A stretch of 64,000 bases of DNA from an uncultured bacterium (GTDB lineage Bacteria; Zhuqueibacterota; QNDG01; DTFT01), in NCBI GenBank assembly GCA_963736115.1, contig CAVTNR010000009.1, positions 96,001 through 160,000 on the forward strand, written 5' to 3'. Positions 1 through 10,292 of the stretch are shown piece by piece. The notes beneath the pieces were generated by a model. It had not been told where the DNA came from, searched no databases, and saw only the letters and a program-made list of their open reading frames with translations. The stretch's first letter is position 1. Every line of letters begins with the position of its first letter. The position numbers and the translations under genes are program-made.

Positions 1-1066
1 GCTGTACAAGGCCAGGGACGACAGCCCGCAGATGGTTTTTCATTTCATGTCGAACACCCCGGGCGTCTGGAGCCTGGTACGCGATCTGAATGATCCGAGC
101 ATGCTCGAAAACCTCGTGGACTGGGACATCCGGTACCACGAAGCGTCGAGCGGGCCGGACCTGAACCGGTATTCCATGCAGAACCGCCTGTCCGACGAAT
201 CCGCGAAAACGGTGGAAACGGCATTCCGCACCGACCGACAGTCCTGGTCGACCCGGATGAAAATCCTTTCGGTTATCCCGGGCCTGTACCGGTACCGGTC
301 CGGCCCATCGCGGGATTACTTCAACTGGGCCTACGGCATCCCCATACCGGAGCTGATGCGCCAGATCGGAGCCCACGACACCGTCCGCATCGAAACCGGC
401 ATTGAAATCTTCGACCCCAGGCTGAAGTCCGTCTGGAAGGACAGCCACCGTCTGACGCTGAAGGACACGACGGACGCGCGCCTTCGGAACGGCGCGCTGG
501 TGGATCATTTCGAGTTCGAATTGCCGCTCCGCCGGCACCTGCTCGCCTTCCATGCCCGCGTGGAGGGCACGGAAATCCTGAACGGCTGGAAATACGCCCT
601 CCCGGCGGACGACTCAGCCCGGAACGATCTCGCCCTCGGCGCGCTCCTGCCCGCATATGCCATCGAACCGAAGACCGAATCAGCCGGCCGGGACCGTTCC
701 CAACTCAGGATCAGCCCCAATCCCACCGGACGGGCGAGGATTTCCGAGCCCTTGTACCTGTACTATGAAATCTACAACCTGGGACTGGACTCCAAGGGGT
801 CCGCGGACTACACGGTACAACTCTCCCTTCGCCGGACCGGCGAGGGGAAAACCGTGTTCCAGCGCATCGGAGGGCTTTTCAGCGGCGGCGGAAGCCACCG
901 CATCTCCATCGAGAACAAACGGACGGGTAAAAACCGGAATGTGCAGGACTACATCGGCATGGACGTGCGCAGCGCGCCGCCCGGCCATTACGAGCTCTCG
1001 CTCAAGGTGACGGACCGTGCGGCCGACCGCCAGGTCTGGACGGTCGTGCCGATCACGCTGAACTGA
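1..1066 (+). CDS. C-terminal part of a probable GWxTD-domain-type secreted protein (5' end outside window)
   Basis: Frame is open from position 2 (LYKARDDSPQMVFHF...). C-terminal Ig-like region with PNPT...LYLYYEIYNL...PGHYELSLKVTD is typical of GWxTD-domain proteins; the GWxTD motif itself is not in the window. Confidence 0.55.
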   Translation, partial: LYKARDDSPQMVFHFMSNTPGVWSLVRDLNDPSMLENLVDWDIRYHEASSGPDLNRYSMQNRLSDESAKTVETAFRTDRQSWSTRMKILSVIPGLYRYRSGPSRDYFNWAYGIPIPELMRQIGAHDTVRIETGIEIFDPRLKSVWKDSHRLTLKDTTDARLRNGALVDHFEFELPLRRHLLAFHARVEGTEILNGWKYALPADDSARNDLALGALLPAYAIEPKTESAGRDRSQLRISPNPTGRARISEPLYLYYEIYNLGLDSKGSADYTVQLSLRRTGEGKTVFQRIGGLFSGGGSHRISIENKRTGKNRNVQDYIGMDVRSAPPGHYELSLKVTDRAADRQVWTVVPITLN

Positions 1067-1213
1067 AGGATTCCTCCGGACCGGACGCCTGAGGATAATT
1101 TGAACCGCAATCCCATTACAGGGGTGAGGCGGCTCACCCAGGCCCCCGGGGTCCTGAATCCATCATTCAACCACCCGATTGATCCGTTTTCAAGACTCCC
1201 GGGTCGCATCACT

Positions 1214-1252
1214 GTGCCGTAGGGGCGAGGCGCCGTCTCGCCCCTACGGCAC
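1214..1252. repeat. GTAG-type REP palindrome
   Basis: gtgccGTAGGGGCGAGgcgccgtCTCGCCCCTACggcac inverted repeat; a second copy is at 14175-14207. Confidence 0.75.
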
Positions 1253-1269
1253 CATGAGGTCAAGCACGT

Positions 1270-1869
1270 ATGCTCCACATCATCGAACTGCTCGGTGTCG
1301 CATTTTTCGCCATGGCCGGCGGCATCGAGGCCGAACGCAAGGGCATGGACCTGGTCGGCATTTACGCGGTGGCCTTTGTCACCGCGCTCGGCGGCGGCAC
1401 GCTCCGGGACGTTCTGCTCGACCGCCATCCGCTGTTCTGGGTGCAGAGCCCGGAGTACGCCCTGTGGATACTGGCCGCTTCCGTGGCCGCGGCCCTGATC
1501 CGGCGGTACAAGAAGAACCCGCTGACCGACCAGGCCGTGCTCCTGCCCGACGCCTTCGGCCTCGGTTTTTTCACTGCGGTCGGGACGGCCGTCGCCTTCG
1601 GGGAATCAGTCCCTCCTTTCATCGCGGTGCTCATGGGCGTTATCACCGCGACATTCGGCGGCGTTATACGGGACATCGTGTGCAACGAAGTCCCGATCAT
1701 TTTCAAACGCGGCCAGCTCTACGCCACCTGCTCGCTTTTCGCCGCCATAGCCTACTGGGCCTGCGAAACCGCCGGTACCGGGGCTGAAGTCGCAATGACC
1801 GTCTGCGTGCTTGTTGCCCTGATTCTCAGGCTCATTGCCGTGCGGTTCAACATCCAACTGCCGCTGTGA
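1270..1869 (+). CDS. Trimeric intracellular cation channel family (UPF0126/YadS) membrane protein
   Basis: Duplicated motifs TALGGGTLRDVLL and TATFGGVIRDIV, LPDAFGLG; about 7 TM helices. Confidence 0.9.
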   Translation: MLHIIELLGVAFFAMAGGIEAERKGMDLVGIYAVAFVTALGGGTLRDVLLDRHPLFWVQSPEYALWILAASVAAALIRRYKKNPLTDQAVLLPDAFGLGFFTAVGTAVAFGESVPPFIAVLMGVITATFGGVIRDIVCNEVPIIFKRGQLYATCSLFAAIAYWACETAGTGAEVAMTVCVLVALILRLIAVRFNIQLPL

Positions 1870-1916
1870 AGCCTCGGCCAACCATCTACCATCGAATTCC
1901 GACTCCGGGCACTGTC

Positions 1917-2624
1917 ATGAAACCCATGCGCATCCTTGAATCCCTCCTGTTCACCCTGATCCCGGCGCTCCTTCTTTTCATCGCCGTGCGCCTGGCCATC
2001 CCCGCGCTCAGAGCCTGGACCGGCTGGCGGCCTCTGCTCTGCTGGTACCTGTGCGGCGGCTTATTGGTTTTCCTCCCTCTTTTCGCGGCATCCTTCATCC
2101 TGATCCGCCGGGAAATCCGGGCCGGCGGACAGCCGGACCGGATCAGACGTCTCCGCCTGACGAGACCGTCGGCTGCCACTCTGGCCTGGAGCCTCGCGGG
2201 AACTGCGGCTGTCGGCATCATGACCTGGCTGTTCATGCAGGCCGGACAACGCTGGATTCCCGGATTTTCGGCATCTCCCGCGTTTCTCCGCGTCGAACCG
2301 CTCGGACCCGGCGAAACCTGGCTGGTCGCGGCCTGGGTTCCAATGTTCTTTTTCAATATCATCGGAGAGGGACTCTACTGGAGGGGATTCATGTTCCCCC
2401 GCCAGCAGGCCGCATACGGGAACCGGGCATGGATTCTGCACGGCATCTGCTGGACCCTTTTCCATTTCTCCTTCGGATTCTCCCTCGTTTTCATCCTGCT
2501 TCCCATCCTGTTCCTGACACCCTGGATCGTATCCAGAACCCGGAGCACCTGGCCGGACATCATCATACACGGACTGGTGAACGGATCGGGTTTTCTGCTC
2601 GTGGCTTTCGGAGCGGTGCGGTAG
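1917..2624 (+). CDS. CPBP/Abi family intramembrane glutamic endopeptidase
   Basis: Membrane protein with GEGLYWRG (degenerate EExxxR), FH and IIIHGLVN motifs. Confidence 0.75.
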   Translation: MKPMRILESLLFTLIPALLLFIAVRLAIPALRAWTGWRPLLCWYLCGGLLVFLPLFAASFILIRREIRAGGQPDRIRRLRLTRPSAATLAWSLAGTAAVGIMTWLFMQAGQRWIPGFSASPAFLRVEPLGPGETWLVAAWVPMFFFNIIGEGLYWRGFMFPRQQAAYGNRAWILHGICWTLFHFSFGFSLVFILLPILFLTPWIVSRTRSTWPDIIIHGLVNGSGFLLVAFGAVR

Positions 2625-2662
2625 CCGCCCGGAACGAAAAATCGACCGCGGACCGCGGATTT

Positions 2663-2712
2663 GGAGTTCCCCACCGCCCTGCTGCGCTGGAGAATGCGCT
2701 CGCTGACAGATT
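2663..2712 (+). mobile_element. Internally deleted copy of double-hairpin element (family A)
   Basis: Starts ggagttcccc (compare gaagctcccc) and ends gaatgcgctcgctgacagatt, matching 29459-29479 with one mismatch. Confidence 0.65.
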
Positions 2713-2804
2713 CAGGAAGTTTGTTGGCAATGCACTTTTCAGGTGCGTCGCAACTATCAAGAGTAAAATATTCCTCTCATTGAATGTTTTACCTATTATC
2801 TTTC

Positions 2805-2833
2805 TTGCTTTCCTTTGATTATTTGATTAACTT
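2805..2833 (+). promoter_or_regulatory. Putative sigma70 promoter of carB
   Basis: TTGCTT-N17-TAACTT in AT-rich intergenic DNA. Confidence 0.4.
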
Positions 2834-2855
2834 TTTCCGCTGAAAACCGCATATA

Positions 2856-2968
2856 GAAGCTTCCCCGCGGCCAGCCGCGGTGAAGCTTCTATATGTAGTG
2901 AAGAAAATATATTATATTCGCTCGCTTACCCCGCCGCAAGCGGCGGGGATTGCGCGAGCGATCAGATT
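2856..2968 (+). mobile_element. Double-hairpin non-autonomous element (family A), upstream of carB
   Basis: gaagcttcccc...hairpin 1...cttctatatgtag...tatattcgctcgcttaccccgccgcaagcggcgggga...cagatt; colinear with 29325-29479. Confidence 0.8.
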
Positions 2969-2994
2969 CATTCATTCGTGAGGGGAATTGTTCC

Positions 2995-5900
2995 ATGCCT
3001 AAACGCGACGATATCCACAAAGTGCTCATCATCGGATCCGGCCCCATCGTCATCGGCCAGGCCTGCGAATTCGATTATTCCGGCACCCAGGCCTGCAAGG
3101 CCCTGCGGAAACTGGGGTATGAAATCGTGCTGGTCAATTCCAATCCGGCCACCATCATGACCGATCCCGGCATGGCGGACGCCACCTATATCGAACCCCT
3201 GAACGTCGACTACCTCGAACAGATCATCGCCAAAGAGAAACCGGATGCCCTGCTGCCCAATCTGGGCGGCCAGACCGGCCTGAATCTCTCCTCCCAGCTC
3301 GCGAAAAGCGGCATTCTGGAAAAATACGGCGTGAAGGTCATCGGCGTGAACATCGACGCCATCGAACGCGGCGAAGACCGCACCGCTTTCAAGCAGACCA
3401 TGACCACGCTCGGCATCGACATGCCGCGAAAGCGAAGCCGTGAACACACTCGAGGACGCGGAGAAAGTCGCCGAAAAGCTCGGATATCCGGTGGTGATCC
3501 GGCCGGCCTACACCATGGGCGGCACGGGCGGCGGCCTGGTCTACAACGTCGAGGAGCTCCGGACCATCGCCGCGCCGGGGCCTGGCCGCGAGCATGGTGC
3601 ACCAGGTCCTGGTCGAGGAATCGGTGCTGGGCTGGGAGGAACTGGAACTGGAGGTGGTGCGCGACGCCAAGAACCAGATGATCACGGTCTGCTTCATCGA
3701 GAACGTCGACGCCATGGGCGTGCACACCGGCGACTCGTTCTGCACCGCGCCGATGCTGACCATCGACCCCGAGCTTGCAGAAGAAGCTCCAGAAATACTC
3801 CTACGACATCGTCGAGGCCATCGAGGTCATCGGCGGCACCAACGTCCAGTTCGCGCACGACCCGAAAACCGGCCGGGTGGTGGTCATCGAGATCAACCCG
3901 CGCACGTCGCGCTCGTCGGCCCTGGCCTCCAAGGCCACCGGTTTCCCGATCGCCTGCGTCTCGTCCCTGCTCGCCGGCGGCCTGACCCTGGACGAGATCC
4001 CGTACTGGCGCGACGGCACCCTGGACAAATACACCCCCTCCGGCGATTACGTGGTGGTGAAGTTCGCCCGCTGGGCCTTCGAGAAGTTCGAAGGCATCGA
4101 GGACAGGCTCGGCACCCAGATGCGCGCGGTCGGCGAGGTGATGAGCATCGGCAAGAACTACAAGGAGGCCCTGCAGAAGGCCATCCGCTCGCTGGAAATC
4201 GGCCGGTACGGGCTCGGATTCGCCAAGGACTTCAACGAGAAGCCGCTGGACGAGCTGATGAAGCTCCTGGCCGTGCCCACCAGCGAACGCCAGTTCCTGA
4301 TGTACGAAGCGCTGCGCAAGGGCGCGGACGTCGCCGAGCTCTCGGCCAGAACCTACATCAAGGCCTGGTTCATCCGGCAGATGAAGGAGCTGGTGGACCT
4401 GGAGGAGGAGATTCTCACGCACAAGGGCGGCCGCCTGCCGGACGACCTCCTGATCCGGGCCAAGAAGGACGGGTTCGCGGACAAGTACCTGGCCGTCCTG
4501 CTCGGCGTCCCCGAGCAGGACATCCGCGAACGCCGCATCGCGCTGGGCGTGAAGCACGCCTGGGAGCCGGTCCGGGTGAGCGGCGTGGAGAATGCCGCGT
4601 ATTACTATTCGACCTACAACGCTCCGGACGCGGTTCAGGTGAGCAACCGCAGAAAGATCATGGTGCTCGGCGGCGGTCCCAACCGCATCGGCCAGGGCAT
4701 CGAATTCGACTACTGCTGCGTGCACGCCGCGTTCGCCATACGCGACGCCGGGCTCGAATCCATCATGGTGAACTGCAACCCGGAGACCGTTTCCACCGAC
4801 TACGACACGTCTGACAAGCTGTACTTCGAGCCGCTGACCGTGGAGGACGTGCTGGCCATCTGGGAGAAGGAGAAGCCGGAGGGCGCCATCGTACAGTTCG
4901 GCGGCCAGACCCCCCTGAACATCGCCGCCGAACTCGAGAAGGCGGGCGTGAAGATACTGGGCACCTCGCCCGACACCATCGACCTCGCCGAGGACCGGGA
5001 CCGCTTCCGGAAGGTGATGCAGAAGCTCGGGATTCCCCAGCCGGACTCCGGCATGGCGAGCACCTGGAGGAGGCGCTGTCCATCGCCGAGCGCATCGGGT
5101 ACCCCCTCATGGTCCGGCCCTCGTACGTGCTGGGCGGCCGCGCCATGCAGATCGTGCTCGACGAGGCCATGCTCCGGCGCTATGTCGCCGCGGCCGTGGA
5201 CGTCTCGCCCGAACGGCCCATCCTCATCGACAAATTCCTCGAGAACGCGATCGAGGCCGAAGCCGATGCCCTGTGCGACGGCAGGGAAGCCTTTGTGCCT
5301 GCCGTGATGGAGCATATCGAGTACGCGGGCATCCACTCCGGCGATTCGGCCTGCGTGATCCCGCCCGTGGGCCTTCCCCACAAGCACGTGGAGACCATCG
5401 AGGAATACACGCGCCGCATCGCGCTGGAGCTCGGCGTGGTGGGTCTGATCAACATCCAGTACGCGATCGCGAACGGCACCGTGTATATTCTCGAGGCCAA
5501 CCCCCGCGCCTCCCGCACCGTGCCGCTGGTGTCCAAGGTGTGCAACATCCCGATGGCCAAGATCGCCACCCGGATCATGCTGGGCAAGAAGCTGGCCGAT
5601 CTCAAGCTGAAGCGCGTATCGTTCCGGCACTTCGGCGTGAAGGAGGCGGTGTTCCCCTTCAACATGTTCCCGGAGGTCGACCCGGTGCTCGGCCCGGAGA
5701 TGCGCTCCACCGGCGAGGTGCTCGGCCTGGCCGACAATTTCGGCCTTGCCTTCTACAAGTCACAGGAGGCAACCAAGCTCACGCTCCCGCTCGAAGGCAC
5801 GGTTCTCATCACGGTCGCGGACCGCGACAAGGGCGGCGTTCTGGAATCCGCCAAGCGCTTCCAGGACATGGGGTTCCGCATTCTCACCACCGAAGGCACG

Positions 5901-6197
5901 CGGCAGTTTCTGGTGCGGCACGGCGTCGAGTCGACCCGCATCAACAAGGTCAAGGAAGGCCGCCCCCACATCGTGGACGCGGTCAAGAACGGCGAGATCC
6001 AGCTCATCATCAACACGCCCAAGGGCAAACTGTCGGAAGTCGACGACTCCTACATCCGCAAGGCGGCCATCAAGTACAAGATTCCCTACATCACCACGAC
6101 CACCGCGGCCCTGGCCGCGGCCAAGGGCATCGCCGCGCGCCGCGAGGTGCAGACCTCCGTCAAGTCCCTGCAGGACTATCACGCGGAGATCCGTTAA
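2995..6197 (+). CDS. carB: Carbamoyl-phosphate synthase large subunit, split by four single-base indels (probable sequencing errors; pseudogene not excluded)
   Basis: [68 protein letters not shown] and the MGS domain are spread over consecutive frames. Frame changes at about 3430, 3575, 3776 and 5063. Confidence 0.95.
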
Positions 6198-6273
6198 CCC
6201 GCGGCTTTTGGAACCCCCGGCAGGTGCCGGGTGTTTCTCGAATCGCGAAAACATACTCAGCGCTTGAATGGAT

Positions 6274-6324
6274 GTCATTCCCGCGCAAGTGTCTTTTTCA
6301 TCCGCGCCAGCGGACGGGAATCCA
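6274..6324. repeat. CGTC-type REP hairpin (GTCATTCCCGCGCAAGCGGGAATCCA) interrupted by a 25-nt insert at 6290-6314
   Basis: Removing tgtctttttcatccgcgccagcgga restores the hairpin; a near-identical insert is at 60060-60083. Confidence 0.75.
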
Positions 6325-6478
6325 TTGTTTGAAAAAACGGGATGGCCGACGCGTCTGCGGGGTATCGCGACCCCGGATGCATGCGGCAGGCATTTCCCCG
6401 ATGCTTTGACACGCATGGAATTGTTTCTTCCGTCCGGTTTTCGCTTCTGACGAAGTCTCAGACCAAAGGATTGAAAAC

Positions 6479-7288
6479 ATGTCCCTATGGCAGGCGCTTC
6501 TCCTCGGCACGGTTCAGGGTTTGACTGAATTCCTTCCGGTCAGCAGTTCCGGCCATCTGGTCCTCTTCCAGCGTCTGCTCGGGCTGGAATCGAACGTCCT
6601 TACATTTGACATCATCGTCCATCTCGCCACATTGGCCGCGGTTCTCGCGGTTTACTGGAAAGATGTGGTCTCGATCCTGAAAAACCCGCTCGGCCGCATG
6701 ACCTGGCTTCTGGTATTGGGCACGATCCCGGCTGTCGCATTCGGCCTCGGCCTGAAGGACACCATCGAGTACCTGTTCCGCTCCGGAAAATCTCTTGGTT
6801 TTGAATTTATCTTCACTGGAATCATTCTCTGGCTCGCTGATTCCCTGAAAACACGGGACAAGGGCGTGCGGGAGACTACGGCCGGAGATGCTCTTCTGAT
6901 CGGATCGGCCCAGGCCCTGGCCATACTCCCGGCCGTATCCCGGTCCGGATTCACGATCGCGGGCGCGCTCTGGCGCGGGCTCGACCGGAAATTCGCGGCC
7001 AAGTTCTCCTTCCTTCTCTCCATACCCGCCATTCTCGGCGCCGCGGTTCTGGATGCGCCCGCGGCCGTACGCATGGTGCGTGAAACCGGAACACTCGGTG
7101 TCCCCACGGTTCCCCTCATTGCAGGATTCATCGCCGCGGCCGTGTTCGGCTGGCTGGCCGTCAAGTGGATGATCCGGATCATCACCACCGGCCGTCTGCG
7201 GCCGTTCGCGATCTACGTTTCAGTGCTGGGCCTGCTGGTCCTTCTTGAGCAGATTTTTTCGGGACATCTTTTCGGAAAACTTTTCTGA
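6479..7288 (+). CDS. uppP: Undecaprenyl-diphosphate phosphatase
   Basis: QGLTEFLPVSSSGH, PAVSRSGFTI and FSFLLSIPA motifs. Confidence 0.95.
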   Translation: MSLWQALLLGTVQGLTEFLPVSSSGHLVLFQRLLGLESNVLTFDIIVHLATLAAVLAVYWKDVVSILKNPLGRMTWLLVLGTIPAVAFGLGLKDTIEYLFRSGKSLGFEFIFTGIILWLADSLKTRDKGVRETTAGDALLIGSAQALAILPAVSRSGFTIAGALWRGLDRKFAAKFSFLLSIPAILGAAVLDAPAAVRMVRETGTLGVPTVPLIAGFIAAAVFGWLAVKWMIRIITTGRLRPFAIYVSVLGLLVLLEQIFSGHLFGKLF

Positions 7289-7641
7289 CCTGGTTAAACC
7301 GCCTGCGGTCCGTCCGATTGTTCCGCCGGACGGATCGCTTAATTTTAATTCGGATGTAGAGGTAAATTCATCCGAAATCGCTTTGACTTCAGCTCCCATC
7401 CTTATATATTTGATTTACTTCGTCCCCCTGTTCATGTAAATCGATTTTTCGGCTGATCCACAAATCAGCTCGATCCCGAGTTTTTTTATAAAATTGGATT
7501 TGCGGTGAAATCTCAATGCTTTATTAAACAATATCTTGAGAGTTTTATTCAAAGAATAAAAAATTTGTTCAAATCGATATATTCCCCTATAAAATTCTTT
7601 CAATTAAATAAAAATTTGTTTAAATTAAGGTTTATCCGGAA

Positions 7642-9000
7642 ATGGACATGAACTACATCAGCACAAATGAAAATTCTCCCAAGGTGGACTTTATAACCGC
7701 CCTGTTCCGCGGTCAGGCGCCGGACCGCGGTCTCTACATGCCGGAAACCATCCCCCTTCTGGAGCCGGATGAAATCCGCGCGATGAAATCCATGTCCTAC
7801 CCGGAAATCGCGGAGAGCATCCTGTCCCGTTATCTGTCCGGGCACATTGCCACGGAACGGCTTTCCGCGCTGTGCCGCGACGCGTACGATTTCGACGTGC
7901 CAGTCGAATCCGCGGGAGACCGGCTTTTCATCCTTAGGCTCGACCGGGGTCCGACCGCCTCATTCAAGGATTTCGCAGCCGCCATGATGGCCCGTCTGAT
8001 GTCCGAGTTCCGAGGCGCGGGCGCGAAGCGCCTCGTTGTGCTGACCGCCACCAGCGGAGACACGGGCGGCGCGGTCGCGCGCGCTTTCCACGGAATCCCC
8101 GGCATCGATGTCATTGTGCTGTTTCCTCCCGGCGAAGTGAGCGACCGACAGCGCCGCCAGATGACCACGCTGTCGGGCAACGTGACCGCGATCGCAGTGG
8201 ACGGGAAGTTCGACCACTGCCAGGCCCTGGTGAAAAAAACATTCGCGGATCCGGATCTGCGTTCGATCGACCTGACCTCGGCGAATTCGATCAACATCGG
8301 ACGCCTGCTGCCGCAGTCCGTGTATTACGCGTACGCCTACAGCCGCATCGCCGATCACCCGGAGCCGATGGTCGTCTCCGTCCCCTCCGGCAATTTCGGA
8401 GACATGATGGGCGCCCTGCTCGCCCGCCGCATGGGAGTTCCGATTTCGCGCGTGGTCGTGGCCACCAATTCAAACGACGAAGTGCCGCAATACCTGGCGA
8501 CCGGCGTTTACCGTAAAATCGACCCGTCCCGGGTCTGCATTTCGAACGCCATGAACGTGGGACACCCGAGCAACCTGGCGCGCGTCGTTTCCCTCTATGG
8601 CGGCCGCATGGACGAGACGGGCGCGGTCATCCGTCCGCCAGACATGGCCGCGATGCGGCGCGACCTGTTCGCGGTCAGCGTGAGCGACTCGGAAACGCGC
8701 GACGCCATCCGCGACACCTGGCGAGACAGTCGCATCCTGCTGGAACCGCACGGCGCCGTGGGCTGGGTCGGGCTGAGGCGGTACCTGGAACTCCGGAAGA
8801 CCGGCGGCCGTGAGCTGTGTCTCCCCGTGGAAACGGCCCATCCCGCGAAATTCCCGGAGGAGATCGGGCGTCTGCTCGGGTTCGAGCCCGAGATCCCGCC
8901 CAGTCTCGCCGGTCTCGATGCGGGAAGCGAATCCTGGCTGGACATGCCCGCGGATGATGGGGCGTTCCGGGCCTTCCTCTTGGAAAGGTACGCCGCATGA
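7642..9000 (+). CDS. thrC: Threonine synthase
   Basis: GQAPDRGLY, GPTASFKDF (PLP lysine), ATSGDTG, SANSINIGRL, VPSGNFG, ETAHPAKF. Confidence 0.95.
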   Translation: MDMNYISTNENSPKVDFITALFRGQAPDRGLYMPETIPLLEPDEIRAMKSMSYPEIAESILSRYLSGHIATERLSALCRDAYDFDVPVESAGDRLFILRLDRGPTASFKDFAAAMMARLMSEFRGAGAKRLVVLTATSGDTGGAVARAFHGIPGIDVIVLFPPGEVSDRQRRQMTTLSGNVTAIAVDGKFDHCQALVKKTFADPDLRSIDLTSANSINIGRLLPQSVYYAYAYSRIADHPEPMVVSVPSGNFGDMMGALLARRMGVPISRVVVATNSNDEVPQYLATGVYRKIDPSRVCISNAMNVGHPSNLARVVSLYGGRMDETGAVIRPPDMAAMRRDLFAVSVSDSETRDAIRDTWRDSRILLEPHGAVGWVGLRRYLELRKTGGRELCLPVETAHPAKFPEEIGRLLGFEPEIPPSLAGLDAGSESWLDMPADDGAFRAFLLERYAA

Positions 9001-10214
9001 AGACCGTGATCCTGCTCGGAGACGGCATGGCGGATTACCCAGTCCCGTCGCTCGGCGGCCGCACGCCGCTCATGGCGGCCCGCACGCCCGCCATGGACGA
9101 AGTGGCCGCGAAGGGACGCACGGGTCTGTTCCGCACGATCCGAGAAGGACAGCCCACGGGCTCGGCCGTGGCGAACCTCGCCGTGCTCGGATACGATCCG
9201 GACACGGATTTCAGCGGACGCGGCGTGCTCGAAGCCGCGAGCATCGGCCTTCCGTTTGACGGTAACGACCTGGTGTTCAGGGTCAACCTCATCCACGTCG
9301 CGAACGGCCTGATCGCAAGTCATTCCTCCGGCCACATCTCGAACGAGGAGGCGGGCACCCTCATCCGCGATCTGACCGAACCCGTGGCCGCGCTGGGAAT
9401 ACGCCTGCACCAGGGCCTGAGCTACCGCCACATCGGCATTCTTGCCGGCGGCGACACCCGTATCGCCTGCACCGAGCCGCACGACCACATCGGCGAACCC
9501 GCGGCCGATCGGCTGGTCCGCGCCCTGCATCCGGACGCGGAATCCACGGCCGCTACGCTGAACCGGATGATCGCCGAATCGGAGCGTCTTCTGGCCGATC
9601 ACCCCGTCAACCGCGCCCGCGCGGCGGGCGGAAAACCGACGGCCAACCGGCTGTGGCCCTGGTCGGCCGGCAAAAAACCGGCGATGCGTTCCTTCGAGTC
9701 CCTGCACGGCACCAAGGCCGTGGTCATTTCCGCCGTGGATCTGATCAAGGGCATCGCCGTGACCGCGGGAATGGAGGTCGTTTCCGTCGCGGGCGCGACG
9801 GGGCTGTACGACACCAACTACGAGGGCAAGGCGGAAACCTGCCTTCGCGCCCTCCGGGACCGCGACTTCGTGTATGTGCACGTCGAAGCCGCGGACGAGG
9901 CCGGTCATGACCGGAACGTGGAGTTGAAGATCCGCTGTATCGAGGACCTGGACCGCCGCTGTCTCCGCCGCATTCTGGACGGCCTGTCCAGGAGCGGCAT
10001 GGAAGCCGTCATCGCCGTGCTCCCCGACCACCCGACTCCGGTCACGCTCGGTTCGCACGTGCGCGATCCGGTGCCCGTCGCGATCTGGGACCCCCGCGTT
10101 CAGCCGGACGCAGTGACGCGATACGACGAGGAGAGCGTCCGGTCCGGAAGCCTCGGCATCCTGGAGGGATCGGAATTCATCCGTCTGCTGCTCGGATCCG
10201 GTCCGACGAAGTGA
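8997..10214 (+). CDS. apgM: ApgM-family cofactor-independent phosphoglycerate mutase-like protein (proposed homoserine kinase subfamily)
   Basis: LGDGMAD, GSAVANLAVLGY, HVEAADEAGH, PDHPTP; ATGA overlap with thrC. Confidence 0.85.
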   Translation: MKTVILLGDGMADYPVPSLGGRTPLMAARTPAMDEVAAKGRTGLFRTIREGQPTGSAVANLAVLGYDPDTDFSGRGVLEAASIGLPFDGNDLVFRVNLIHVANGLIASHSSGHISNEEAGTLIRDLTEPVAALGIRLHQGLSYRHIGILAGGDTRIACTEPHDHIGEPAADRLVRALHPDAESTAATLNRMIAESERLLADHPVNRARAAGGKPTANRLWPWSAGKKPAMRSFESLHGTKAVVISAVDLIKGIAVTAGMEVVSVAGATGLYDTNYEGKAETCLRALRDRDFVYVHVEAADEAGHDRNVELKIRCIEDLDRRCLRRILDGLSRSGMEAVIAVLPDHPTPVTLGSHVRDPVPVAIWDPRVQPDAVTRYDEESVRSGSLGILEGSEFIRLLLGSGPTK

Positions 10215-10292
10215 CCGGAGCCGGTTGTCGGTCCGAGCTTTCGGAATCCGCAACGCAAACGCAAATCAACCCGTATCAGAGGAGCTGACAGA

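Noticed and set aside
3430-5065. Programmed frameshifting in carB
   Set aside because: Four separate shifts of mixed sign without slippery motifs; not known for CarB.
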